Counted from the stretch's first letter, positions 1-11,990 are shown. The stretch: DNA of 47,136 nt from Chiloscyllium plagiosum (GCF_004010195.1 NC_057756.1:4980050-5027185); one strand, 5' to 3'. Notes: generated by a model not told the origin, from the letters alone. Numbers and translations: made by a program.

Positions 1-310
1 GTGCTCCCCCACTGACACCTCAGTCACCTGCCCTGCCTTATTTCCCAAGAGTAGGTCAAGTTTTGCACCTTCTCTAGTAGGTACATCCACATACTGAATC
101 AGAAAGTTGTCTTGTACACATTTGAGAAATTCCTCTCCATCTAAACCCTTAACACTATGGCAGTCCCAGTCCATGTTTGGAAAGTTAAAATCCCCTACCA
201 TAACCACCCTATTATTCTTACAGATAACTGAGATCTCCCTATCAATTTGTTTCTCAATTTCTCAGTGATAGGGGGTCTATAATACAATCCCAATAAGGTG
301 ATCATCTCTT
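1..310 (-). mobile_element. CR1-type LINE internal (endonuclease-region) fragment
   Basis: Reverse strand reads like the CR1 ORF2 endonuclease region (VVMVGDFNFPNMDW-like); degenerate. Confidence 0.6.
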
Positions 311-416
311 TCACCATACATGACTCCAGCATAGGGTCAATGTTACTGGGTGTAACATCTTAGTTACAGAAATAGAAAGCTAAAGAAATACTTTCAAAAG
401 CTCAGCCCTTCCATTT

Positions 417-935
417 GAGCCATAGAGATATACAGCACAGAAACAGACCCTTCAGTCCAACTCGTTCATGCTAACCAGATATCCTGAATTAATCTAGTCC
501 CATTTGCCAGCACTTGGCTCATATCCCTCTAAATCCTTCCTGTTCATATACCCATCCGGATGCCTTTTAAATTTTGCCATTGTACCAGCCTCCACCACTT
601 CCATTGGCAGCTTATCCCGTACATGTTGACAAATGGGACTAGATTAATTTAGGATACTTGGTCAGCATGGACAAGTTGGACCGAAGCGTCTGTTTCCATG
701 CTGTACCTCTCTATGATCACCCTCTGCAGGAAAAAGTTGCCCCTTAGGTCCTTTTTAAATCTTTCACTTCTCACCCTCAACCTGTGCCGTCTAGTTCCCC
801 CACCCCAGGGAAAAGACTTTGTCTCTTTATCATATCCATGTCCATCATCATTTTATAAGATCACCCCTCAGCCTCCAACGCTTCAGGGAAAACAGCCCTA
901 ACCTGTTCAGCCTCTCCCTATAGCTCAAACCTTCT
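417..935 (-). mobile_element. CR1/HER1-type LINE 3' end with an internal inverted copy of the tail
   Basis: Same tail as the other copies (catagaga...acagacccttc...); 630-715 is in the opposite orientation. Confidence 0.85.
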
Positions 936-1055
936 CAGCATCGAATTGGGAGATCAAAGGAATAAAGTTGAAAGGCCAAACGGACAATCCTTTCTGAAGC
1001 CATGGGCCTACCTATGGTTCATGCTGGGCTTTTCCCTGGGAGGGTGGGGGAGGTG

Positions 1056-1094
<39 letters not shown>

Positions 1095-1096
1095 TC
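1056..1096. repeat. (CT)n microsatellite
   Basis: Visible dinucleotide run. Confidence 0.95.
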
Positions 1097-1829
1097 CCAC
1101 CCCCACCTGTGATGAGCAAGCCTTTACTCTGCACTGGGCTAAGACCCACCCACCCTGGCACGCCCGTGGTTCACCAACGACCACGTTATCACTGCCGCTA
1201 CCCAGGCTCCTGTTGGGTCACAGCCGTTAGCCACCAAAAGGAACACCAAAAACTAGAGAGAAAAACATAAAAGAAGGAAGGAAGGATAGAGGAAAGGAAA
1301 GGAAGGAAGTGGGCGGAATGATTGCGGATCTGGGCACAAGACCTCACGCCTACTCCACCACTGCCACCTTGACAGAAGGTCACTGCCTGATGTGGAACCC
1401 CTTGGGCTGTTTGCTTGGAGTGGAAACTTTCTGGCTAACGTTATATTTCATTATGGGCCCGGGCCTGAATTGGGGAACAAATCAAGAAAAACACTTTCAC
1501 TGCCATTTGTGCCAAGTTTGGTTTGGAAAACGCCGAAGCGAATGGTGGCGGACACGGCATATTTTCATCAGAAACGCGGAGGAGAGCTGGCAATGGATGA
1601 TGGGCGTGAGACGACCATGCCCAGTCGGGGTCAGTTCAGGGTGATAGGGATTTTGTGCCTACGATGGTGAGGTCAGAGTTTAAATGACCTGGCAAGGAGT
1701 CTGACAGGGAGCATTATGGGAAGGGTCCAACAGGTGGAAAGGACAGCAGATCGGCTTTCTCCATCGACAGAATGTTTCATGAAAGGACATGATCATTGTT
1801 CAGATTGAGGTCACTAACATAATCGTACA

Positions 1830-2205
1830 ATCAGTGAATCCCTGCAGTGTGGAAACAGGCCCTTTGACCTAACAAGTCCACACTGACCCTCCGAAGAGTA
1901 ACCCACCCAGACCATTTCCCCTTCCCCTACATTTACCCCTGAAGAATGCACATGACCTGCACATCCCTGAAGCATTATGGGAAATTTAGCATGGCCGATC
2001 CACCCTAACCTGCACATCCGTGAACACTATGGGACAATTTAGCATGGCCAATCCACCCTAACCTGCACATCTTTGGATTGTGGGAGGAAACCGGAGCACC
2101 CAGAGGAAATGCACGCAGGGACGGGGAGAATGTGAAAACTCCACACAGACAGTCGCCTAAGGGTGGAATCGAACCCAGGTCCCAGTGCTAACCATTGAGT
2201 CACCA
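1830..2205 (-). mobile_element. HE1-type tRNA-derived SINE with internal unit duplications
   Basis: Reverse strand has A-box-like and B-box-like head, the ttctccccgt...ctgcgtg core and the CR1-like tail. Confidence 0.85.
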
Positions 2206-2779
2206 TGATGGAAGAAATAAGGGTTGGCCCACAAATTCTACTGCTGCCTGGAATTTGCATTCAAGAGACGGTGTTGAAGGGGGGGGGGAAAGATGCTGGA
2301 TTGAGGCATTTAACAGGGCATCGGAACTGGTACACATTGTACACCAGCCAGAGAGGGAGTGACTTTTCAAAGGTTTCTTGGGATCTGTGTGGGTGGGTGG
2401 GGTGGGAGAGTTGTTGGACCCTCTTTCACTCCCCCCCCCCCACTGTGGAGAGTAATCCCTCACCCCCACTCTCCCCCACTCCTCCGGTTCGACTTGTGCT
2501 TTATAACTCAAATTTGCGAAACCAGTCTTTCAACCTGCGCCACAGTGAAGGAACATTCGCCTCTTGGTGTCCACTCAAGCGAACGGTGGTTTGACCCACG
2601 GGGCCTTTGAGATTTTCCAGGGTCTCAGCCCCGAAATTCCCGTCTTTCATTCCTCTTGAAGGTGAGCCCCTTCTGCATTCTCCTCCTCCAGCTCACGACA
2701 CCGAGCCCCATCTTGACAGTCGGAGGCCGAGGGGAATGGAACAGAGGTATTGCTCAGACTGTGACCAACGTCGTTGAGA

Positions 2780-4490
2780 GGGTCACGGGAACAGACCCTT
2801 TAGTCCAACTCATCCTGTTGACCAAGTTTCCCCAACTAAACTAGTCCCACCTGCCTGCCCCTGGCCCATGTCCCTCCAAATCTCTCCTATTCATGCCCTT
2901 ATCCAAACGTCTTTTCAAAGTTGGAACTGTACCCCCATCCACCACTTCCTTTGGCAGTTCATTCCAGACACGAACCAAGCTTTGTGTGAAAATGTTGTCC
3001 CTCAGGGCTCTCACTCCTCTCACCTTATAAATATGCCCCCTACTTTTGAACTCCCCACCCTAGAGAAAACACCTTTGCCATTCATCTTATCTGCACCCTT
3101 CAAGATTTTATAAACCTCTGTAAGAACATAGAACATAGAACATCACAGCGCAGTACAGGCCCTTCGGCCCTCGATGTTGCGCCGCCCTGTCATACTAATC
3201 TGAAGCCCATCCCACCTACACTATTCCATGTACGTCCATATGCCTGTCCAATGACGACTTAAATGCACTTAAACTTGGCGAATCTACTACTGTTGCAGGC
3301 AAAGCATTCCATACCCTTACTGCTCTCTGAGTCACCCTTCAACTCCCTATGCTCCAATAAAAGAAGGCTTGGCCTATCCAGCCTCTCCGGATCACCCAAA
3401 CCCTCCAGTCCCGACAAAATTCTGAGCCCTCCAAAATTTAATCGTATCCATCCTATAGCAAAGTGCCCCGAACTGCATACAGTACTCCGGAAGAGGTCTC
3501 ACCAACATCTTGTACAATCTCAATATGACATCCCACCACCTATACTCAATGATGGAAACAATGAAGGCAAGTGTGTTAATACCTGTCTACCCGTGACACG
3601 ACTTTCAAGAACTATGTATCTGAACAAACATGAGTCATAGAGATCGGAAACAAAGCCTTCGGTCCAACTCATCCATGTTGATCAGATATTCTAAATCGAT
3701 CTAGTCCCACCTGCCAGCACCCGGCCCATATCCCTCCAAACCCTTCCTATTCACATACCCATCCTGATGTCTTTTAAATGCTGTAATTGTACCAGCCTCC
3801 ACCAATTCCTCTGGCAGCTCGTTCCATACATGCACCACAAAAAGTTGTCCCTTAGGTCACTTTTAAATTGAGTACAGAAGTTGGGACATCATGTTACGGC
3901 TGTATAAGACTTGGGTAAGGATATGTTTGGAGTAGATTAGATTCCCTACAGTGTGGAAACAGGCCCTTCAGCCCAACAAGTCCACACCAACCCTCTGAAG
4001 AATAATCCACCCCCTTCTGACTGATGTACCTAACGACTATGGGGCCTTTTAGCATGGCCAATTCTCTTGTCCTGCACATCTTTGGATTGTAGGAAGAAAC
4101 CGGAGCACGCGGAGGAAACCCACGCAGACACGGGGAGAATGTGCAAACTCCGCACAGACAGTCGCCCTGAGGCTGGAATCGAACCGGAGATCCTGGCGAA
4201 CAATTATTGCTGCCCTGCTTTAGGAAGGACATCATTAAGTTGGAAAGGATGTAGAAAAGATTTGCAAGGAAGTTACCAAGGGTTTGAGAAGAGGCTGGAT
4301 AGGCTGGGAGTTTTGTCCCTGGAGGCTGAAGGGTGACGAATGGAAGCTCATAAAAGCAGTGAGGGGGATAGATAAGGTGAAGTTTTTTTATCACCCCTGA
4401 GCGGGGGAGTCCAGAACTCGAGAGCATAAATTTATGGTGAGGGGGGGTGGAAACTTTTTCACGCAGAGGATCATGTTGCCAGAGAAAGTG
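2780..4490. mobile_element. Cluster of CR1 3' fragments (both strands) with a nested HE1-type SINE at about 3935-4185 (-)
   Basis: Translations such as NIFTQSLVRVWNELPKEVV match the CR1 ORF2 C-terminus seen throughout the window. Confidence 0.8.
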
Positions 4491-4799
4491 GCAGGGACAT
4501 CGAATTACAAGCTGTGCGTAGGTCAGGCACACGTTTTCTTTTGGTTCATATTTACTGCCATCTCGCTCTCCATGTGGGTCCACCTTGCAGGCCATTTTCG
4601 CTTTGCACCTCGGAATTGGTTTACCGGATTTTTCTGGTCACTCCCCCACGCGGGCATCGACGACAAGTCTGGTATTTGGTGCCTGTCCCTATTGGGCCCT
4701 GCAAAAGGCATCAGTGAGCAGCCATCTTTGTCTGCCACAGCCCGTGTGCTGTCGGTAAACCCACAATGCCGTTCAGAACGAAAACCGCACTCAGCAATT

Positions 4800-6025
4800 A
4801 GAGTTGTCGAGTCAAAGAGGTGTACAGCACGGAAACGGCCCCTTCAGTCCACCTCGTTCATGCTGACCAGATATCCAAAATTAATCTCGTCCCATTTGCC
4901 AGCGCTTGGCCCATATCCCTCTAAACCCTTCCTGTCCTTATATACCTATCCTTTTAAATGTTGTAACTGTACCAGCCTCCACCACTTCCTCTGGCAGCTC
5001 ATTCCATACACGTACCACTCTCTGCGTGAAAAGGTTGCCCCTTAGATCTCTTTTAAATCTTTCTCCTCTCACCCTAAACCTTTAGTTCTGGACTCCCTAA
5101 CCCCAGGGAAATGACCTTGTCTATTTACCCTATCCACGCTCCTCATAATTTTGTAAACCTCTATAAGGTCACCCCTCAGCCTCCGACCCTCCAGGGAAAA
5201 CAGCCCCAGCCTGTTCAGCCTCTCCCTATAGCTCAACTCCTCCAACCCTGGCAACATCCTTGTAAATCTTTTCTGAACCCTTTCAAGTTTCACAACATCC
5301 TTTCTACAGGAGGGAGACCAGAATTGCATGCAATATTCCAAAAATGGCCTAACCAATACTCTGCACAGCTTCAACATGACCTCCCAACTCCTGTACTCAA
5401 TACTCCGACCAATAAAGGAGAGCATACCAAACACCTTCTTCACTATCCTATCTACCTGCGACTCCGCTTTCAAGGAGCTATGAACCTGCACTCCAAGGTC
5501 TCTTTGCTCAGCAACACTCCCTGGGACCTTACCATTAAGTGGATAAGTCCTGCCTTGATTTGCCTTTCCAAAATGCAGCACCTATCTAAATTAAACTCCA
5601 TCTGCCCATTCCTCGGCCGATTGGTCCATCTGATCAAGATCCCGTTGTCCTCTGAGGTAACCCTCTTCGCTGTCCACTACGCCTCCAATTTTGGTGTCAT
5701 CTGCAAACTTATGCCTCCAGATCCAAATCATTGATATTAATGACAAAAGGTAGTGGACCCAACACCGAGCCTTGTGGCACTCCACTGGTCACAGGCCTCC
5801 AGTCCGAAAAACAACTCTCCACCACCAACCTCTGTCTCCTACCTTCGGGCCAGCTCTGTACCCAAATGGTTGGATCTCACCGTGATCTCATCTTGCCACC
5901 CAGGCTACCACGAGGAACCTTGTCGATCGCCTTCCTGAAGAGCATATGGTTCACGTCCGCCTTTCTGCCTGCATCAATCCTCTTCGTTACCTCTTCGAAA
6001 AACTCAGTCAAGTTCGTGCAGCATG
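4800..6025 (-). mobile_element. 5'-truncated CR1/HER1-type LINE (RT C-terminal half plus 3' UTR), frameshifted
   Basis: KFADDTKIGG RT motif (5591-5785 ORF); ORF 5069-5581 contains RDLGVQVHSSLK, LVRPFLEYCMQFWSP and RRLRGDLIEVYKIM. Confidence 0.93.
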
Positions 6026-6029
6026 ATTA

Positions 6030-6270
6030 TTGAAGGAACGGCCAATATTGAGCCCAGGTCAGGATGCTGTGCATCTTGGAAAGGGAGTGCAGTGGTGTTC
6101 TCCTGTATCTGTGCGGCCATTACCTGCCTGGAAGTGGAAGCCATGGACTTTGACGGTGGTGTTAAAGGAGCATTAGTGTAGTGCATCCAGTAGATGGTGC
6201 ACACTATTGTTGGGGAGGGAGGTGGTGGGTGGACATTGAAAGTGGTGAATACCTGGACTTCAAGGCTCAA
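6030..6270 (-). mobile_element. 3' fragment of a second LINE family (related copies at about 28985-29225 and 29800-30290)
   Basis: Shared sequence between the copies (gaaggaac.gc.atat...gtc.ggatg); family assignment uncertain. Confidence 0.55.
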
Positions 6271-6310
6271 GTGATGAGAAGAGACTATACAAATTAAAGC
6301 TCTTTTCTCT

Positions 6311-6630
6311 AGATTAGATTAGATTACTTTACAGTGTGGAAACAGGCCCTTCGGCCCAACAAGTCCACACCGACCCGCCGAAGCGCACCCACCCAGACCC
6401 ATTCCCCTACATTTACCCCTGCACCTAACACTACAGGCAATTTAGCATGGCCAATTCACCTAATCTGCACATTTTTGGAGTGTGGGTTGAAACCGGAGCA
6501 CCCAGAGGAAACCCACGCAGACACGGGGAGAATGTGCAAACTCCACACTGTCAGTCGCCTGAGACGGGAATTGAACCCGGGTCTCTGGCGCTGTGAGGCA
6601 GCAGTGCTAACCACTGTGCCACCGTGCCGC
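6311..6630 (-). mobile_element. Full-length HE1-type SINE
   Basis: Reverse strand starts GCGGCACGGTGGCACAGTGGTTAGCACTGCTGCCTCACAGCGCCAGAGACCCGGGTTCAATTCC (tRNA-like A and B boxes) and ends in (TCTAA)n. Confidence 0.93.
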
Positions 6631-6679
6631 TGATTGAAGTTTTCAGGAGATTAGCAAGAAAAGAGGGTAGAGCGATTTT

Positions 6680-7340
6680 TGAGATGAGTTGTAGCTCAGG
6701 TTGTAAGTCAGCTCGCTGAGCTGGAAGGTTCGTTCTCAGACATTCCGTCACCATACTTGGTAACATCATCAGTCAGCCTCTGGTGAGACGTGGCTTGCTA
6801 TTTCTGTGTCTTGGTCTGTTGTGGTGGGTGATGTCCTTTTTCTGAGAGGTTGGTAGATGGGGTCCATGTGGATTTTGTTTGTTGATGGAGTTTCGGTCTG
6901 AACGCCAGGCCTCGAGAAATTCATGTGCGTGCGCTTGTCCCCAGGATGGACTATTGTCCCAGTCGAACCGTTGTCCCTCTTCGGATACTGGTGATAGTTA
7001 CAGGATACATGAGCAACAACTAACCAATAAAAGACACAACCAGTATCCTTACAGACAGAGGAAGAGGGACACCAGTTCTACTGGGACAATACGTCCACCC
7101 TGGGGCAGACGCACGGCAGGGAACTCCTAGAGGCCTGGCATTCAGACCGGAACTCCGTCAACAAGCACCTCGATTTGGACCCCGTTTATCAACCTCTCAG
7201 AAAAAAGAACTGGAAATGATCTTACCCACCACAACAGACCGAGACACATAGATTGCAAACGGGTCAGCACATCGCCAAAGGGCTCACCAATGATGCTACC
7301 GAGCTTGGTGACGAATCATCTCAGAACGAACCTTCCAGCT
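6680..7340. mobile_element. Penelope-like element (probably Poseidon clade), two diverged 3' ends in inverted orientation
   Basis: Arms at about 6681-6985 (-) and 6995-7340 (+) encode the GIY-YIG C-terminus (RE(F/L)LEAWHSDRNSVNKHLDLDPVYQPL). Decayed hammerhead motifs at about 6740-6772 (-) and 7286-7320 (+). Confidence 0.8.
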
Positions 7341-7554
7341 CAGCGAGCAAACCAACAACTTGAAAGACAGCAGATGAGGGATAAACTATTTCCACTGGTT
7401 GGGCGTTCTCAGGGGCATTGTTTGAGAATTAGGTTCAGAACGTACAGGAGAGATGTTAGGAAGCACAAAGGGTGGCAGACGTTTAGAAATCTCTTCCACA
7501 GATGGCACTGAACGCTCGATCAGTTTTTAATTTGAAATCAAAGACAGATCAATG

Positions 7555-7822
7555 CATCCCTCTTCCATCAGGCAGAAAATACAAAGGTTTGGAAACACGT
7601 ACCAACAGATTCGAGAACAGCTTCTTCCCCGCTGTTATCAGACTAATGACCTGACCGTACATATGTTAGAGTTGATCTTTCTCTGCACCTTCCCTGTGGC
7701 TGGAACGCTATATTCTGCATTCTGTTCCATTACCCTGATGTACTTCTGTAAGGTGTGATTTGTCTGGATATCATACAGAACAATACTTTTCACTGTATCT
7801 CGGTGCATGTGACAATAATAAA
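7555..7822 (+). mobile_element. Rex1/Babar-like LINE 3' end
   Basis: Reads LPSGRKYKGLETRTNRFENSFFPAVIRL, followed by a 3' UTR ending in AATAAA. Confidence 0.7.
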
Positions 7823-8131
7823 CCCAGTATCACATGGAGATATTTTCAGAACCACAGTGTTCTGGAGAATATTACCCTACGCCTCTTCAGGGGCTGGGAT
7901 GATTGTCCGGCACTCCTGTCTCAGAGGTAGGGACACTCCACCCTGTCCCACAGCAGGGCCCCTGCTCCATGTGGGTTTGCGCTGAGAGGAACTGAAACCA
8001 GTAGCCGCCACGTAGTCTCCAGCCAACACGTCTGCACTCAGCAAACGGGGAAAGAAACTTCCCAGCACACTGTCTGGCCCCATTCCCTCCAATCTGGGAA
8101 GAGTCGGCTCTCAACAGAAAGGCAGGATTAC

Positions 8132-8248
8132 CGATGATGGTGTGGGATGACACAGTCTGGCAGTTGGTGATGCCACTCAGGCAAGTGGTCTCTCTCAGTG
8201 AGCAGGAGCCCGAGGAGGCTGAACACGTGAAACATTGAAGAGATCGTC
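8132..8248 (-). CDS. Internal coding exon of a Ly6/uPAR (LU, three-finger; PLA2-inhibitor/uPAR-like) gene, N-terminal half of the domain
   Basis: Acceptor tctctccctttgcAG, donor G|GTAATC, 117 nt, phase 1-1, no stops. Translates (G)RSLQCFTCSASSGSCSLRETTCLSGITNCQTVSSHTII, with the LxCxxC-x6-C-x6-C-x6-C spacing and exon phase typical of LU domains. Confidence 0.88.
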
Positions 8249-8319
8249 CTGCAAAGGGAGAGATTGCAGAGAATTCAGTGAGACTCGGAGTTTCAGTTTG
8301 AGGAGAATTTTCACTCAGG

Positions 8320-8486
8320 GACCATAGTAACTATAGGCCGGTGAGTCTCACTTCTGTTGTGGGCAAAGTCTTAGAGAGAATTGTAAGGGATAGGATTTAT
8401 GCACATCTGGATAGGAATAATGTGACCAAGGATAGTCAGCATGGTTTTGTGAAGGGCAAGTCGTGCCTCACAAACCTTATTGAATT
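8320..8486 (+). mobile_element. CR1 RT fragment
   Basis: NYRPVSLTSVVGKVLERIVRDRI...SQHGFVKGKSCLTNLIEF. Confidence 0.88.
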
Positions 8487-8684
8487 CGAGGGCAGGTAGG
8501 AGGCCAGCACGGGGTGTCCAGGTGGATGGGGTGTGTTGGAGGCGGGAGAAGGGGTCGTCAGAGGGTGGGCGTGAATCTTGGTTGAAGAAGTAGGCGCGGA
8601 GGCGAAGGCGGCGGAAGAATCGTTCGATGTCACGCCGCGTGTTGAATTCATTAATCCGGGAGCATAGGGGAATGAAGGTGAGGC
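8487..8684 (-). mobile_element. Penelope-like (Neptune-type) ORF N-terminal fragment
   Basis: GLTFIP...DIERFFRRLRLRAYFF, the typical pre-RT motifs of PLE ORFs. Confidence 0.75.
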
Positions 8685-9012
8685 CTACCCTAACCTGCAC
8701 ATCCCTGGGCACTATGGGACAATTTAGCATGGCCAATCCACCCTAACCTGCACATCCCTGGGCACTATGGGACAATTTAGCATGGCCAATCCACCCTAAC
8801 CTACACATCCCTGGCCACGATGGGACAATTTAGCATGGCCAATCCACCCTAACCTGCACATCTTTGGTCCATGGGAGGAAACCGGTGCACCCGGAGGAAA
8901 CCCACGTAGTCACAGCAAGAATGTGCAACCCCACACAGTCAGTTGGCCCGAGGCTGGAATTGAACCCAGGGCCCTGGCAGCAGGGGCTAATCCACTGAGG
9001 CACCGTGCTGCC
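8685..9012 (-). mobile_element. HE1-type SINE 5' part with three 53-bp internal repeats
   Basis: Repeated ccctaacctgcacatccctgggcactatgggacaatttagcatggccaatcca followed by the SINE core and head. Confidence 0.85.
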
Positions 9013-10258
9013 CCCTCGGGCACTGAGGGTTTATAAAATCATGAAGGACACAGATTATATTCATTGGAATTGAGGAGAATGAGAGTATCTTATAGATGCC
9101 TAGAAAATTGTGACGGGTATAGATAATACAGGAGTAGAGAGGAGGTTTCCACAGACAGGTGAAACTAGGACAAGGGGGAATAGCATCAAGATTATGGAGA
9201 GCAAATTTAAGACTGAACTGAGAAGGAACGTCTTCACCCAAAGAGTTGTAAATCGGTGGAATTCACTGCCCAGCGAGGTAGTTGAAGCTACCTCAGTGAA
9301 CATTTTTAAAGCTAAGCTAGATTTTTCTGAACCATAGAGGAGCTAAGGGTTACGGTGAGAGGGTGAGGATGTGGAGCTGAGGCCACTCAAACATCAGCCG
9401 TGATCTTATTGAATGGCAGAGCAGGGTCGAAGGGCCGGACGGCCTACTCCTGCTCCACGTTCTCATGTTCTTATGAGTTGAATGATGAGGACGTTTTCCT
9501 CAGAGTGGGGAGGTTTAAAACTGGGGGACATGTTTTAAAGACGGGAGGAGAAAGATTAAAGTAGGACATGAGGGGCAACTTTTTTTTCAGACAGAGAGTG
9601 GTTTGGGTCCGGAATGAACTTCCAAAGGAAGTGATGGATGTGGAGACCGTTACAATGTTGAAACAACATTTGAATAAGCTCATGAATAGGAAAGTTTGGA
9701 GGCCAGATGGGACTACTTTCGTTTGGAAACATGGTCAGCATGGATTGGTCGGGCTGAAGGGTCTGTTTCCTTGTTGTAAGACCTTCTGGTCACCCTCTTA
9801 TCAGAAGGATGCTGTGAAACTTGAATGGATTTATAAGGATGTTGCCAGGGTCAGAGGATTTGAGCTACAGGGAGAGGCTGAACAGGCTGGGGCTGTTTTC
9901 CCTGGAGCGTCGGAGGCTGAGGGGTGACCTTATAGAGCTTTACAAAACCATGAGGGGCATGGATAGGGTAAATAGATGAGGTCTTTTCCCTGGGATGGGG
10001 GAGTCCAGAACTAGAGGGCACAGGTTTAGGGTGAGAGGAGAAAGATTTAAAAGGGGCCTAAGAGGCAACTTTTTCACACAGAGGGTGGTACCTGTATGGA
10101 ATGAGCTGCCAGAGGAAGTGGTGGAGGCTGGTACAGTTACAGCATTTAAAAGGCATCTGGATGGGTATATGAATAGGAAGGATTGGAGGGATATGGGTTG
10201 AGAATGTGGTGCTGGAAAAGCACAGCAGGTCAGGCAGCATCCGAAGAGCAGGAGAATC

Positions 10259-10286
10259 GACGTTTCAGGCAAGAGCCCTTCATCAG
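10259..10286 (-). ncRNA. Minimal type I hammerhead ribozyme motif (G.U at the base of stem II)
   Basis: Reverse strand CTGATGA A GGGC TCTT GCCT GAAA C GTC. Confidence 0.7.
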
Positions 10287-10355
10287 GAAAGGGAAGTGGC
10301 TGGAGCTAACAGAAAGCGATTTGGGTGAAACGACGTCCGGCAACAGACCCCATTC

Positions 10356-10383
10356 CTGATGAAGGGCTTTTGCCCGAAACGTC
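10356..10383 (+). ncRNA. Minimal type I hammerhead ribozyme motif, intact core
   Basis: CTGATGA A GGGC TTTT GCCC GAAA C GTC. Confidence 0.8.
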
Positions 10384-11202
10384 GATTTTTCTCCTGCTCC
10401 TCGGATGCTGCCTGACCTGCTGTGCTTTTCCAGCACCAGCCTCTCGACGCTGATCTCCAGCATCTGCAGTCCTCGCTGTCTCCTTCCAGGGACATGGGCC
10501 AAGTGCTGGAAAAATGGGACTAGATTAGGTTGGGATATTCTGGTCGGCGCGGACGAGTTGGACCGAAGGGCCTGTTTCCGCGCTGGAGGACCTAATGACT
10601 CTGAAAAAGCCAGCACTATCGGGAGAGAACAACAGATGAAAGCTGATAGAACGGAGAAACAGTTGCGAGTGGACAAAAGAATTGAGTTTGATCTTTCGCT
10701 CTGGCCATACTGCAGACAGGAAACAAATTACCAGTCGACAGAAACGAACAGGGCAGGGCTTTCCTGCTGACACACAAGAGAACGTGGACAAAAAAAAAAG
10801 AAACCCCAGGTACAACTTTCTACTTTGAGATGCGATTAAACGTCCAACTAACAAAACTGTGGCAACATTTAAACAAGTTCTACTCATTCAGGAAACGGCT
10901 GGAGCTAACACGAAGCGATTTGAGTGGAACAAAGTTTTGGCACCGACCCCAGCCCACAGATCTGATAGCCTCATTGTTTCTGAACTGTGACCCATCGGGT
11001 CAAAAGGTCATGCCAGACCCTCACTGGGACAGAATTGTTCTGTCAGAAGGGGTGTCCATTCAAAGCATTTGTAAGTGCACAGGAAGTGCTCTACAGGATG
11101 GGAGCTGGATTGCTAGTCTCAAGGGATATAATTCATAGCCATATTAAAGGCTCACAGCTCTTGGAGGAAGTAAGAGGTAGAAGAGAAGTGAGGGATGGAA
11201 TT

Positions 11203-11578
11203 GAGTCATAGAGATGTACAGTACGGAAACAGACCTTTCCAACTCCTGTACTCAATACTCTGACCAATAAAGGAAAGCATACCAAACACCTTCTTCACTA
11301 TCCTATCTTCCTGCGACTCCACTTTCAAGGAGCTATGAACCTGCACTCCAAGGTCTCTTTGTTCAGCAACACTCCCTAGGACCTGACCATTAAGTATACA
11401 AGTCCTGCTAAGATTTGCTTTCCCAAAATGCAGCACCTCACGTTTATCTGAATTAAACTCCATCTGCCACTCCTCAGCCCATTGGCCCATCTGGTCCAGA
11501 TCCTGTTGTAATCTGAGGTAACCTTCTTCGCTGTCCACTACACCTCCAATTTTGGTGTCATCTGCAAACTTACTAACT
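11203..11578 (-). mobile_element. CR1/HER1-type LINE fragment with internal deletion
   Basis: SKFADDTKIGGVVDSEEGYLRLQQDLDQMGQWAEEWQMEFN joined directly to the 3' tail. Confidence 0.9.
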
Positions 11579-11711
11579 AGACGGAGGGAATCGGGATTAA
11601 ATATTTTGGGTATACCAACGCAACAATCTTGCGCATTTATTAAAAAGCACATGCAATAGTGTCCTGTCGGAGGTCAAGGGTCTGAACGTTATCAATTATG
11701 GCCCTGTTTGA

Positions 11712-11990
11712 GTTAGAATCGCAGACCCCCTGCAGTGCAGAGAGGCGCCATTCAGCCCATCCACTCTGACCTCCTGAAGAGCATCACACCCGATCCCAGG
11801 AATCCAGCGCTTTTCCCATGGCCGATCCACCTTAACCTGGACATCTTCGGCCCTTGGGAGGAAACTGAGCGCCTGGAGGGAAATCCACAGGGATAACTGT
11901 GCTAACTCCACAGTTGCCCGAGGCTGGAATTGAACCTAGGTCCCTGGCGCCGTGAGGCAGCAACGCAAACCCACTGAGCCACCCTGTTGT
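11712..11990 (-). mobile_element. Degenerate HE1-type SINE
   Basis: Recognisable head (cccgaggctggaattgaacctaggtccctggcgccgtgaggcagc). Confidence 0.7.

Larger units (their letters stand above)
10198..10487. mobile_element. Palindromic non-autonomous PLE insertion (P1) with a 63-bp spacer
   Basis: Inverted arms at about 10199-10289 and 10353-10447; flanking direct repeat agggatatggg / agggacatggg (10187-10197, 10488-10498). Confidence 0.85.
9100..10600 (+). mobile_element. Three consecutive CR1 3' fragments; the last is interrupted by a palindromic PLE
   Basis: TRGNSIKI...RRNVFTQRVVNRWNSLP and RGNFFTQRVVPVWNELPEEVVEAG. Confidence 0.88.

Noticed and set aside
4591..4698. Possible exon in a unique island: minus 4625-4698 (GPNRDRHQIPDLSSMPAWGSDQKNP, in phase with the LU exon) or plus 4591-4671
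   Set aside because: No cysteines in the compatible frame, so it cannot complete the LU domain; splice-like sites occur on both strands and no protein was recognised.
5069..5581. 170-aa ORF as a functional reverse transcriptase gene
   Set aside because: It is a 5'-truncated, frameshifted CR1 copy; no intact ORF2 exists in the window.
6555..6630. tRNA gene-like sequences with A and B boxes (also 17858-17925 and others)
   Set aside because: They are SINE heads fused to the SINE core and LINE-like tail, not complete cloverleaf tRNA genes.
10765..10822. Signal-peptide-like KLYLGFLFFLSTFSCVSAG upstream of the LU exon (minus strand)
   Set aside because: No adjacent ATG and no GT donor at the required position; hydrophobicity comes from a poly(T) run.
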